A DNA stretch of 50,800 bases from Acanthaster planci. Lineage: Eukaryota. A program made the translations under genes and the position numbers. The DNA lies in contig NW_019091359.1 in assembly GCF_001949145.1 (NCBI RefSeq), positions 705,366-756,165 on the forward strand, written 5' to 3'. This document shows, one piece after another, positions 34,794 through 47,380 of this stretch (position 1 is its first letter; each line of letters begins with the position of its first letter). Under the pieces are notes generated by a model. The model did not search any database and was not told the DNA's origin. It was given only the letters and a program-made list of their open reading frames with translations.

Positions 34794-36687
34794 CTCAGGA
34801 TTATGTTCCTTTCTTGGCACCTGCGATACAACTTGGCAAGCTTCTCGTTGTTGTCTTTGGTTGCCTCAGCGAGCGTACTGCCACATCCTGCGACTATAAT
34901 GTCATCAGCTATGGTAAAGACGCCCTCAAGATCACTGAGTGTTTCATCAAGTTTGCGTTGGAAGATTTCACTGCTCACCTTTAGACCGAAAGGCAGTCTT
35001 GCCCAGCGATATTGGCCAAAAGGAGTTATCATGGTGGTGAGCTTACTGGATTCATCATCCAGTCGTACGTGCCAAAAAGCCTCCTTCACATCCAATTTGC
35101 TGAAGACCTTAGCATCATGCAACATTGGGAGCACTTCGTCAACAGTAGGCAACTTATAGTGTTCTCTCATGAGGGCTTGGTTGAGTGGCTGTGGATCTAT
35201 GCAGATTCTGAGTTTACTGTTGGCTTTGCGTGCGACAGCCATCTGGCTCACCCATTGAGTAGGCTCGGTGACAGGGATGAGCACACCACAATGAACGAGA
35301 TTGTTCAGTTCAGCCTCGATGTCTCCTCTCAAAGCCAGGGGCACTTTACGTGTCGGTAGTGCACGTGGTTTCACTTCAGGATCCACAGTAAGTCTGGCCA
35401 CTCCAAGATTGCCCAGTGGTTGACTAGACTGGGCTGAAATGCCAGCAATGAATTTGTCGGCAGTCACAGTTATCAGGTGCATATCAGTCACAGTTTTCAG
35501 ACCAAGCAAACAATGGAGATCATTTGGCACGACAATGAAGATAGCGCTGTGTAGTTCACCGGTACGAACATTGGTGACAGGTATCTCAGCCTCGCCGAGG
35601 GGTCTGACTTTCGTGCCGTTCCACATGACAAGTTGCACCTTTGTGGGCCACACTTGGTCTTGACGAACAAAGGGCTGACAGATTGTGTTTACGTCAGCAC
35701 CAGTGTCCACTTGAAAGCGGATGTGGCAGCCATTTACAGCAAGCTTAGCGGTGAGAGTGTTCTTCCTATTGCTGCTCACGTTTGCGAGGTATGCATAGTT
35801 GCTATCGCAGTCATCATCAGAGTCTGTGATGAAATCTGGATCCTTGCGTATGGCATGCACCTTAGGCTTTTTACACTTGGCCTTGAAGTGATTCTTGCCT
35901 CCGCAGTGAGAACATGTTTTGCCCCAAGCTGGCTAGTCAGTTCTCTCCCTTTAAGTGCACAAGACCACATTAATTGCACTCACGTTTCCCAGATGATGCA
36001 GGGGGTGGCCTCTTGTTCGCAGGTGCTGACTTGGCAGGCACCTTCCGTGATGGGCCCTTAGAAGTTGAGGCCTGTTTCGTTCCACGGACAAGTTTGACAG
36101 ATGGGGCCTCTTATGCAGGGCGCAGAACTTTCCCTTGAACGGTAGCATTTTCTGCTGCCTTGCAAATGTTCACACATGACTCCAGCGTGAGCTTGGTCTC
36201 TCGTAGCAGCAGTTTCTGTGTTTCCTGGTCACGTATACCGAGGACGATACGATCTTTGAGTATGGAGTCCTGCGAGTCACTATGGTACTTGCAAGTCTTC
36301 ATCATGCTGCGGATGGCTGCGAGAAATGACTCAAAAGATTCACCCTTCTTCTGGTCTCTTCTATTGAAAGAAACCGCTCATATGTTTCGTTGACTTCGCC
36401 GATGGCAAAAAAGTCAAATTTAGCGAGGATTTCAGCCATGGTACGGTGTGGGTATTCTCCTCAGTATCAAAGTGAAAGCTATTGTAGATTTTTAGACCCT
36501 CATCACCAAGGGTGTGCAGTAACAGGGCCACTTGGTATACTCTATCGTGTGTATCTAGCTTAGTAACGATAGCATAGTTCATCCATTTCTGTTTGAACAA
36601 CTTCCAGTTCTCTGATAGGAACTTTATGTTGGTAAAATCTGGTGGTTGCGGGGGTTTAATACCACTAACAGGTGGTGCAGTCGCCAT
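34794..36687 (-). pseudogene. Gypsy gag-protease-reverse transcriptase (gag broken by frameshifts and stops)
   Basis: Gag ENWKLFKQKW and LKDRIVLGIRD; zinc knuckle CSHCGGKNHFKAKC; protease FQVDTGAD; RT motifs LRICIDP, FSKLDVKEAFW, LPFGL and IADDII. Confidence 0.92.
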
Positions 36688-36918
36688 TTTGGCAGAGTCG
36701 GCATTTACGTATCAGAGGCAACATGTAAGTATGGCAAGAAAAAGCATGTGTCCGAATACTGGGCAACAGTTATGCACTCGTTTACATACTGCGTCGCAGT
36801 TACGATTTTGGCGGATTTCCAGACCAATCAAGCGTCACAGTTTGCGGCGTTTCAGCAATTATCACAGAGTCATTTGCACCTCGGCCTTTCCATTAGAGCT
36901 CCAACACCACTGCCACCA

Positions 36919-37061
36919 TGTTGCGTGACCCGGCGAGGGATTTAGAAGGACAGATTATATGCCAGAACTTGGAGGGTACATGAACTCGCTGCAAGAGAGC
37001 TTTATTCACCAGACCAACAGAAACCCGGCGATAGAGGGCGTACTTTCATTTCTACTCAACA
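36919..37061 (-). repeat. 5' LTR of the Gypsy element (143 bp)
   Basis: Direct repeat of 31091-31231 with roughly 6-7 differences. The PBS at 36901-36918 is complementary to a tRNA-Leu-like 3' end. Confidence 0.93.
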
Positions 37062-37366
37062 GGAAGAGAACACACAGCCAACGGAAAAACGAACTATGTC
37101 TCCACAACATGCTGAACTAAGGCCAAGATCACCAAATCCAACCGATAAACCTATTAGCAGAACAATTTGAAGCCTTCATAACCAACCTATCCAAAGCGAC
37201 ACTGACAAACACTGTAAAGATAGCTTTTGGAAAAGGCTTCAACCCCATTTCCACTTCCGCTGAAACATATGTCTGCCCCACTACAATATATGTCCACTCT
37301 TAGCTCACAATTTTTGTCTTGAACCACATGCAAGTTCGTACGATTTCGTCTCCAGAATCACCCACA

Positions 37367-37414
37367 TTGCAACTGATGAGTCCCATACGAAGGGACAAAA
37401 GCATGCTCTTTCTA
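37367..37414 (+). ncRNA. Decayed type I minimal hammerhead ribozyme
   Basis: ttgcaa-CTGATGA-GTCCC-atacgaa-GGGAC-aAAA-GCATGC-TC-tttcta: intact CUGAUGA, perfect 5-bp stem II, GAAA changed to AAAA, palindromic stem III, NUH triplet CTC, stem I pairing 4 of 6. Confidence 0.6.
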
Positions 37415-37794
37415 TCAAGAGGATTTGAAAAACAGTCCTCTACTTGCACCACCAGTCAACCGACAAATGAACCAAAATTAATTATTGGTTTTGTTCTTAT
37501 GTCCGCTCATAATCCAACTCTTGGACATAAAAGGCCAGATTTCACATACTCCAAGCGGGAGTTATTGCAACTGACCAGAGATGAAATGTCACTGAATGGG
37601 AAAGTACATACATGTATACCATCATCTTTTCACATTTCACACAACACAAAAATTGAGACACTGGTAACATGGGTACCTTGCGAGTTGCAGCCTTCCTTAA
37701 ATTGTGTCTGTGTTGATTGTAGTAACTATACTGACACCATTAGATCAAATTGTACGTGAGCCACATGAAATTTAAAGCTACATGTAGTGCATGA

Positions 37795-38232
37795 CCCCCA
37801 TTCCATTTTGATGGAGGCAAGTAGTGTCTGCTCGCCCCCGATAGATGGAGGTGCGTTCATTCACAGTTTGGTTGTACAAGAAATGTAAAAGCTTGCGTTG
37901 AGTATGCCCCCATTTGATGAAGGCGAGTGCCTACATGTACCTCCCCCTGATAGATGGAGGCGTGTTCATTCCCAGTTGGGTTGTACAAGAAATGTAAAAT
38001 AACAAGCGTGCGTTGAGTATGCCCCCGTTTGATAGAGGCGAGTGGCTGCCTCGCCCCCCCAATGGATGGAGGCGCGTTCATTCACAGTAGCGCTGTACAA
38101 GAAACAAGCTTGCATTGAGTAAATGCCCCCGTTTGATGGAGGCGAGCGCCTACCCTGCCCCCGATAGATTGAGGTGCGCTCATTCACAATTGGGTTGTAC
38201 AAGAAATATAAAAGTGTACATTGAGTATGCAG
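37795..38232. repeat. Tandem repeat, about 4 copies of a roughly 105-115 bp unit
   Basis: Recurring gccccc(g/a)tttgatggaggcgagtg...gatagatggaggcgcgttcattcacag...tgtacaagaaa...ttgagtat. Confidence 0.85.
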
Positions 38233-38479
38233 GTTTTCAGCATTACTGTTGTGATGTCCATCATTTTAAAATGAACTGATTCTATTTCAAATTGGATGCT
38301 ATTTTTAAATTGGGTGTGTTGGTAAACATATTTGGATTATGAATGAGGTGATGTCATTCAAATTGTAATAACTAGATGCTCAAATAAAATACTTGGTATG
38401 AATACATGCAAACATGTACACAACTTTACTAATGAAATGGAGCGGGGAATAGGTTGTGATGCCGTTAAGCTCAATCAAC

Positions 38480-38765
38480 CTAAAATATGCCCAGTGCCAA
38501 ATAAAGCATGGCGATCATGCATTTTCCGTCTATGCCCCCATGCTATGGAATCAGCTTCCTGCCTATCTTAGGAACATCAGTGAAGTGTCGATTTTTAAAG
38601 TACATGTACAGTTGAAAACGTTTCTTTTTAAAAAGTTTTTAAATTAATCCCATTTTTTAAAGCATTTTATAATTCATGTGTTTTTCTTGTAAAGCGTTTT
38701 GAGATATTTTATGGAAAACGCTATATTAAGAATAAATTATTATAAGAATTGTTATTATTATTAAC
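38480..38765 (+). mobile_element. 3' end of an L2-clade LINE
   Basis: GDHAFSVYAPMLWNQLPAYLR...FK...LKTFLF, followed by the tail gtaaagcgttttgag...aaaacgctatattaagaataaa and (TAT)n. Confidence 0.85.
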
Positions 38766-39419
38766 TAAAGAACTGACTTTACTCCATTTTTTGGGAATTA
38801 AAGCACCTTGCATGTTCCGTATGGCCAGGAATGAAAATGCTGACTCACTTAGAGCCTAGACTACTGTGTTTGGTGAGATTTAGTGAGGATTACCTTATTT
38901 GCATTGCAACTTTCGTACTGTTGGTTGTCACTAGTAAGTGTGTAAAATACAAAATGATCACATGCATTTATTACTTTGTCAGTGTCAAAACACGAACAGT
39001 TTATCTCCTGGTTGGTTCATGAATATTGCAAGGCAACAAACCTGCATGGATTTGTGCGCCCTTTCATTCCTCCATGGTTAAACAAAGATAGAACGAACAA
39101 AATATGAATGCTTTCCCGAATAAATAGTTTCAGATTAACTACATAGGCCTACAGGAGTAATACTGACACATGTATGAAACAGAAAGTATGCTTAAACCAC
39201 TGAAGTAAAAGTATTTTTCCCATATGTCATTCACCAGTGCACCCTATTTATGAATGGAAGAGGCAAGCAGGCCAACTTGCCCTGTCTGCTTCGGGGTCAG
39301 CTGATTGACACTCTCACTCCTGCGTTTTTTCTTTTTGGGATCATCTGTTACCCACCATTTCAGTGAAAAGTGATATATTACCGGTTTAGTGCTGGACCCC
39401 CATGAAAACGAAGAAAGCC

Positions 39420-39641
39420 ACATTAGACTGGGCTCGGTCCAGTAATGTGGGGCCATGGAGCACTTTTATCTGCAGTGCTAATCTGTGTGGCACGCTATGC
39501 CAAAAACATGATTATCTTTGAAAAATGCAAGCCGAAAAATGATGGCAATTCCCAGCAGCAGGTCTTTTGTCCGATTTCGGGAAGCCTGGCTCTGCGCTTA
39601 AACCCATGGTGCCCGAAATGGAGTTCCCCAGCAGCAAGTGG
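39420..39641. mobile_element. Divergent right end of a piggyBac-type MITE
   Basis: Ends ccccagcagcaagtgg|TTAA. The internal ctgcagtgctaatctg resembles ctgcacgctaatctg at about 16204. Confidence 0.45.
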
Positions 39642-40273
39642 TTAAGCGGAAAATGTTTGGGTTTTTCCCAAGAGTATTTTTTTTTATGTTTCTTTAGAAT
39701 ACATGTTGGTCTTCATTGTGTAAAATCACCAGATTCCTACTTCCAGTTGGAGATCTTCAAAACTGGAAATGCCTTATAATTTCAATTTATTGAAAAATAT
39801 GAACTTGGTTTGAATGGGTTAGTCTCAGGCTACAGTTATTCCTCAAAACGCGTACTGGTGATAACGGGAAAAAAATTTAGTAACCCAAGGTGGCAGGTTG
39901 AAAAAATAGAAAAATGTATTTGGAGTTGATGCCCGAGGCAAAGTTTATTGTAATCCTTTGAAAAATTGGTAAATGCAATGACTTTCTCCCCTACAAGGGG
40001 AGATATTTGCCTGCAAAGAATTCTGCTTAGCAGGCAGATGACTAATGGTGATACGTGAATTATTTTGCACAATAATGTGCTTGAGAGATACATGTATTTT
40101 GAAAAACACTGTTAACATACATGTAAAGGCAGTAGTGTTTGGAAAAACTTCTATTTCCCCCCCCCCATATATGTATGTCAGTAGTTAATACGGGTGATTC
40201 ACAATTTGGTGCGCCACCAAGAGGGCAACAGGGAAAGGCCAAATTCTCATGTTTTGGTCGACAACTTTTCAAG

Positions 40274-42914
40274 ATGGCGACCGTTGTTGCTAGCGGCGGC
40301 GCTCGTGTTGTTGACTTTAAGAGACTAGCCGCGAAAGAATTACATAAGTTTCTGATTGAAAGAGGAATTCCTGCGCTGGACTATGGAGAGGGGACCTGAT
40401 AAAATTTGCAGAGAAATTTGGAGACAAATATCCAGTCCTTGAAGAGTGTGACCATGATGAATCAGAGCCAAAACTACAAAGAGTTGTTGGTGAGAATGGG
40501 GAGATCACAGACTTGAATGGTCTTCAAGTTTCGTATTCAGCTGACCTCCGTAACATTCCGTGCGTCAGCTTGGGTGATGTTTTTGCCTACCTGGTGAAAC
40601 AGTGTGAGTGGAATCCTGAGCGGCTCACCAGCTACCGGCAGGATGATGGCTTTCTGATGTTCAAAGACGGGCATGTCGAGGACATCTTACTTGGAGAAAT
40701 TCAAGGCCACTCCTCCCATGTTTACATCCAGGCATCGGTGAAGCCAGAGCAGAGACAAACACGGCAGCGATACAAGACCTTGCTGCTGCTGTCAATGTCA
40801 GCCAGCATAAAGTCAGCTGGATGTGGTTGTGTAGCTGCGTAAGTCTTATTTTTTTTTTTCAAAAAGTGTAACATAATATTAATAATAGCATAAACCTAGT
40901 TTTTGCACATTTTATTTGTAAATTGTAGCCTGTTTAGGGGCCGGTGGTGATTTCAAGCCCAAGTAGCAGAGGCCGTTCTTTGCCACTAAAGCAGGCTTAC
41001 TCAAGCCTATTCTTATGATACAAAACCCATGTCCTAGGCTGTCTGGCCATATTAGGACATAAACTCTTTAAANNNNNNNNNNNNNNNNNNNNNNNNNNNN
41101 NNNNNNNNNNNNNNNNNNNNNNNNNNNNNNNNNNNNNNNNNNNNNNNNNCTGCATTTAGGAATTGAAGTTGTAAGCTAGGCTTGTTTAGACTGTTTTTAT
41201 TATCACTGTTTAACCTGAAATTTCACAACATATGAAAACTCTTTTATCTTTTTAAACCCCATGAAACCCATTGGTACTTGGTTTGAGCATTGTACATTTC
41301 CAACTCTAAACTCCTAAATGTTTGCTTTGTATTGGATGAGGATTGGAATTTTTTCAGGAAGTTGTTAACCAAAACTTTAAGTGTGAGACAAGCAATTCCA
41401 CAAGCAGTATATTGCTTTGCAGCATTTCCTGAATTTGAATGGTTTGAGTATGTTGACCATACATGTATATTTGCAAATGACCTCTCCGTACCAAACTTTT
41501 GACGATGCAGTATATTATTGTCTGTGATTCTGAACACGAAAAATTGTTAGCTTCAAGCGCTCTGTTTTTATTTCTTGCAGTGATGAAGGTACCTGCAAGC
41601 ATGCAATTGCTGTACTTTTTGCATTGTCAGACTACATCAAAAGAAACACTGACAAGGGGACAGCTGTTGGCACAGATGAGCCTTGCTCACGGACGAAACC
41701 TCGAAGAGCCTCCAGGCCAGTGAGAGTAGAGGAGCTGGACTTCCGTGCAGAAAAACAGACTCTCAGAAAACCTGGCCCACTTCCTGAGAATTACATGCCA
41801 CTGGGTAATGTATCCAGTGCATGGATTGAGAACGTTCAGGGGCACTTGAAAAAGGCGAGTCACGGTTGATGCAGATCATTATTTAACTCAACAGGACTTC
41901 CCAAATCCCCTGATTTCTATATGATTTTGCATACACCCTAGGGGGTTTCACCTCCGAGACATACCCGCTACATTGCTTAGTCAAAAGTTATTTATGATGG
42001 AAACATTTCATACAAGTTGTTATGAGTTCCAGAAGTAATTTATTGTAGGGGTGATACTTGGTTACAAAGGTGATGCCAGTGATAAAAAGAGAGATACATG
42101 TACATACAGTACATGTAAATTTTTGCATGTACAGGAACTGTTTATTTGCACACCTCTTGTCTGCCCATGCAGTATGGGTGTGCATGTGTGTGCATTGAAG
42201 CTACTCATGAAATTCAAAAAGGAAAATACATGTATGATCCATGTCTCAAAAATAGAAAAACTTGTAAAATTTATGGAATTTTTCAACTTTCATTATCTTC
42301 AGGTTGGTGCAGAAAGCAGCCCAGATGCACTTTACCTGAAACTGGTTGAAGAGCCGCCAGCACCTTTGACATCTCTCGTGCCGTCAGTGTCTGACCTTCA
42401 CACCATGTACAAGGCTGAATCAAATGATGATGTGTCCTTCATTGCATACCTCAGACAGAACACTTCCATACAACAAGTAGATGCCCTAAGAAGTTTGGAT
42501 CAATCAGACCCAGCATGGTTTGCAGCAAGAAGGGGGCAAATAACTGCAAGTGTGGCAGATTCCATTCGATCTTTGAAAGACGTTCATAACTGCCGCACCT
42601 TAGTTGATAAAATTTTGGGCCAGGACAAGCCATTTAAGTCATGTGCTATAGATTTTGGAAAAGAAAATGAACATGTAGCCAGGCAACTTTACATTGTAAA
42701 TGAACTGAAAGCACACAAGAACTTCGAGGTAAACACCTGTGGTCTTGTGTTAAATAACGACTTGCTATTTATGGGTGCCTCACCAGATGGTGTTGCAAGC
42801 TGTTCCTGCCATGGAGAGAAGCTTGTTGAGATCAAGTGTTCATATAAGCATAGAGGCATTCCTGTGAAAGCTATTCCAACACGGAATACACGGTTCACGC
42901 ATGAACCAGTGTGA
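40274..42914 (+). pseudogene. SAP-like/SWIM zinc finger/YqaJ (lambda-exonuclease family) gene, three predicted exons
   Basis: Exons 40274-40838 (frameshift near 40390), 41581-41854 and 42303 to about 42880. Splicing gives SWIM GCGCVAADEGTCKH. YqaJ motifs WFAARRGQITAS, FGKENE, GASPDG and VEIKC are present; the C-terminal YxQxQ motif was not found. Confidence 0.85.
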
Positions 42915-43895
42915 CTTAGTTGTATATACTCATAAAGGAATAACATCCATCCCTGTAATGTTTGATTCACAGATGTGGGAACTCTTGAAAAAGAAAGCAG
43001 AACTTGTGTTCACTCATGGTTTTACATGCAGTGAAGAATAAAGTATATACATGCATGTTACAAGCAGAATTCCAGGCTTGGCATCAGCATTTTAGGCCAG
43101 TAATTGCATGGTTGTCTTTTTTTTTTATTTTATTTTGACTCCGTCATGGCTGAAATTATTTATGAAAGGACCTAAATACATGCTTATTAGTATGATGAAA
43201 CCACAAGGTTTGTGGCTTGACTGGAAAACAGAGAACAGAAGTGCATCAATATTTCTTGAACATCAATGTGTATTCTTAACTTACTACCGCATAAATTAAT
43301 ATGTAAACAAAGAAATGACCTGTGTGAGAAGCCATTGTTTTATTATTTCATATTTTTCATGAATTTCTGTGGGACATATAAATAAATCTCCACAATCTTA
43401 TACTTGGGTTTAAACTTTGGAATTCTTGTGCCTGCTGAATTTAACAAAATCAAGAAACTTGTTTTAATAATGGTCCACCTACATTCACCCAATTTGGAAA
43501 TAAAACAATCCTCTCCAAATAACAAGTTCTTGAATAATCGTTTGAACAACCTAATTCAAATAATTAACCTTGTTGAAAAGTGCCCAATGAATTAACAGAT
43601 ACGACCCCAAAAATCTGAATAAATCTAAACAATTATTCCTAAGACTCATTTTTTACTTATGCGCAGTCTCATTTTTCTCCTCTTTCCAAACTGATATGTA
43701 AAATAGGATCACATCCTAGGTTTTTTCATGATATTCTTCACTGAACAGACATGCATCATATGGTGATGCATATCCTTCCTAGAATATTCATTTATAATCT
43801 ATTATGTTCATGACGTGGTGATGGTCACATTACTGACTGCCTTTGGTCAAACTGAGCTTGACGTTCATTTCATTGAACAGGCTACAAAATATATA

Positions 43896-45960
43896 TCAGT
43901 AGGTCAAACGCTTCACTGGCTTTTTCAGACTTACTTTTTTTTTTGGATATTTCTCATTTTTAGAATAGAACAATGGTCCCGTCAAATTACAGAATGCTGC
44001 AACAAGTTTAACTATCATAGAAGCAGTGTATTGTAGGGATTCTGGGATTTGGTGCTTCAGGATCCGCCAGCATTTGAGGCGTTGAATTGCTCTCTGTACA
44101 TGAATCCGAAGACGGGAAATTTGTCTTGTTCGTCTGATCTCCTTCACATTAAGTCTCTTTCCTTTTCCATTATGCCATCTTCTAGTGAATGGTGGTGCTA
44201 TGAGTGTTGCATTTACTTTCAGAAGCGAGTCCTCTATGTGGAAGCCTCGATCAGCCATGACTGCATCACCGTCACTGAGTTTTTCAATCAGTCCACTCTG
44301 CTCAGTCAAGTACTTGTCTGATACATTTCCTGACCGCAAATCTGACACAAATGTAAATGCACCAAAAGGTGATACTCCAAATAAAATCTTATATGCGCTA
44401 TGGCTTTTAAACTGTGAGTATGTTTTATACTGTTCATCTTTATTTTGCAGTCGATCTATAAAGAACTCAGAGCAGTCATTATTACGTGTGTGTTTGAAAA
44501 TGCTGCCTTAAAGTCCAACGGCATCCATCCTCTGATGTGAGCTTGAGATGGCCACACAAGAAGTGCTGGTACCAGAGTTTGATGCATGTAGGAAATCCAT
44601 GTGATGGTGATTCGTGTAACTGTTCAACTACTTACATGGAACAGGTCAGCCAGAAGGAGAAGTGGTAAGTTGAGCCGCAATCTAATGAGGGTCATGACAA
44701 ACTGGACAAACGGTGGAAGCTGGTGTTGTCTGCCCGGGCGTCGTTTCCAACCTTGTTCATTGTCTGGTGTCCCCATCTTCGTACTGGTACTCCTCCAATA
44801 CCGCAGGCGATTAACACCACCACTTATTGAGTCATAAACACCTATATATGAAAGGCGAAATACAACAAACTCTGTGAATGGAATCATTACTCCAAAAGAA
44901 ATTCACTATAAAAAGGCTTGACCAGTGATTAAACACAGGATTTCCATCATATTAACAAAATCTTTCAAATATAGCAAATTTGGCACCATATTCAGGACTC
45001 AAAATCCTGTTCTCCAGACATGGCTTTTATGACATGATTTTTCAGTACATAATGAACTCGGCTTACCAATGTGTATGACATGGGTTCCTCAGAATATTTT
45101 TATGGAGAAAAAAATGAAACGATAACCAGGGACATGGTACCTTGAAGAAGGCTTTTGGACGTCAATCCAGTGTAAAAGTTGACCCTCTCATCAGACTCAG
45201 TTGCACAGTCTACAACATCTTGCCCTGGGAGCGGTTGATGTTCATGTATAGACTTGGCTTGATGTTCAAGCTCATCTAGGTCCTCCATCGTCATAACCGT
45301 CTGCACGCATCTGTCAATCATAGTTGGCAATGAGGTGTGGAGGTAGTCATGATCCATGGGTTGTGGAATCTCGATACAGCAAAGGGGCTCCATTGCTGCT
45401 TTGAATTTGAAAAAAAATAGCACTTGCCTGGTTAGGGATTATTAGAGCCGTTAACGGCAAAAATGCCTATATTTATTATCTCATATTAAAAAAGGCAGTT
45501 TTGTAGGGTCCAACTTTCACGACTTACTCACACTACACAATCATAACAATGACATGTTAATGTCCAACTTTAAACAAGATCAAGGGAATGCTCTGTTTTA
45601 GCTTTTAGCATGTTTAGGAATAGGCCTATTACATGTTTAAACAATTTCAAAAGGACACTTACATCCAATGTCAGGCATGTCGGGTCTGGTAATTCTTGAC
45701 GAAGTACTAACTTTCTCTTGGAATTGTAAATCGTGATCCAGACATGGGGCTACTTCATGGTCGCCTGACGTACGCGTGCCTGATGTGTCATGGAGTCCCT
45801 GGTCCTGTTTCTGCAGCGCACATGTGGTTCTTTTTTTTGGTTGGCTGTCCCAATTATTCCATTCAAAGTATTTCGGGTCACACTTAACATTTCCATACAT
45901 GTCTATGTCATCTTTATCAAAATGTCTGCTGCAAAGTCTTGATCGTTTAGTGACATACCC
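43896..45960 (-). pseudogene. THAP / HTH_Tnp_4 / DDE_Tnp_4 transposase, spliced and degenerate
   Basis: THAP C-half SRLCSRHF; DHDY; RVNFYTGL; HTH QFVMTLIRLRLNL..LLADLFHVS*; catalytic DCSE, MADRGF and HVQRAI (E to Q). Predicted exons about 45960-45663, 45395-45141 and 44841-43896. Confidence 0.9.
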
Positions 45961-47380
45961 AGCCAGAAATGAGACCGAAGAAGACAGAACCGGTGTTCCT
46001 TCCTCCATGGGCAGTGCTACATGCTACACAGAATGTTTAGTCAGGTGATATGCTACAGGATATAAACACAGCCAATCGAATGGTCTAAGAACCAAACCTT
46101 CAAGTGCACACTAATGCTACACAGTGCAAGACGCGAGGCGAGAGAAAGGTAAGGGGCCGCGGCGTGTAGCAATATAGCGTATATGGGTAGCGTATAAAGA
46201 GCGAATAGGTAGCAGGCCTTGTTTCTCTTATTATTCCTTTTCATGGTTACTTTCTAACTTTGTGTTTTCGTTAAGAGTGAGTTGTTGAAGAAAAAGTTTG
46301 TTTGTTTTTTAGTCAAATGTAATTAGAAAGAGCGTCACGACCAACTATCAACCTTGTGTCCAGGAAATAAATAACATGAGTCACATCGTTGTTTTAACTT
46401 TCCCTGCTCTAATTTTGATCTTCCTAATAATTATGTAAAAGAATTGATTTTGTTCCCCTACTTTTTGAAATCCTAACTCCCCCAGAATTAGGTCACACAA
46501 TTTGTGTGGGTTGCTTGACAGTGCGTGTGGGCAGTTGGTAGCAGATCTTGCAACCAGCCACAAGAGTCCTTGAGAGGAGGTGATAACTTCCCCAGCCAGT
46601 GACCTTCCACTTCACTTGGCTACTGGACTGAACAGAGACTGTTCTGTTGTCTCTCTGTGATTTCTCCTTCCATCGAACCTGCCATACTTACAAATTCGTC
46701 CCTGTCCTGCTCTAGGCAAAAACATTACCAGTGTAAGCCTATTGAACCATACATGCGTACCTTGCTGGACAGTGGGTGGCCTGGACCAGAGCCACGTGAA
46801 TTCCGTTCCGAAACCTGATTTAGTCGAGGGGAAGGAAAGACTGTGCACTTGAACCCTAAACATCAGATAGCCCAACACATCTTCGACATCCATTCAAGCT
46901 CTTTTTACTGCAAGCCTTTCCACTGCAAACTCTACAGCTACTTGCCAAGTCAAGACAAGTCAAGTCGTCCCCAACTTCAACAATAGATCGTCTTCTTATT
47001 TATTTTCATTGCTAACTCATAACGTTTTCTGTTAAATAGAATCCCTGTTTTTTTCTCANNNNNNNNNNNNNNNNNNNNNNNNNNNNNNNNNNNNNNNNNN
47101 NNNNNNNNNNNNNNNNNNNNNNNNNNNNCTAACGTGAGGGCATTTGTATTTTCGTAAACCGTGCGAAAACTTTTCACTACATTAGCTGGAAACGAATTAA
47201 TTCTCACAGGTTAGCTGATAATAAAAGGCGTAAACTAGTAACCAAAAAAATAATGTAAGCAGGTGTCATGATTCTCATATTATGCCCGCTACAATATTTC
47301 TAAATCTATTCTAAGATACAATACATCAATCATTATAACGTGCTTGCTGATGTAAGATGCGGGTCAGAGGAGAAATTATA

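Larger units (their letters stand above)
31091..37061 (-). mobile_element. Gypsy (Mag-like) LTR retrotransposon with both LTRs, decayed, containing two N gaps
   Basis: Two TG...CA LTRs, 5-bp TSD GGAAG (31086-31090 and 37062-37066), PBS TGGTGGCAGTGGTG next to the 5' LTR, polypurine tract next to the 3' LTR, and gag-PR-RT-(gap)-IN domain order. Confidence 0.95.
30850..37420 (+). mobile_element. Probable Penelope-like element remnant split by the Gypsy insertion
   Basis: Flanks rejoin at the GGAAG TSD. TNLSKATLTNTVKIAFGKGFNPIST (about 37180-37255) resembles the PLE N-terminal NLS...LT......L.KGL.F.PT motif, and a hammerhead-like motif follows at 37367. No RT or GIY-YIG seen. Confidence 0.4.
40192..45960. 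mobile_element. ISL2EU (PIF/Harbinger-related) DNA transposon with two convergent genes, inactive
   Basis: A SAP-SWIM-YqaJ gene on + faces a THAP-HTH-DDE transposase on -. Candidate left end gggtgattcac at 40192; the matching right TIR and the start of THAP were not found. Confidence 0.85.

Noticed and set aside
31679..34984. Long ORFs of 325-404 aa in the ORF track
   Set aside because: Almost entirely X from N gaps; only the Gypsy pol and integrase portions are real.
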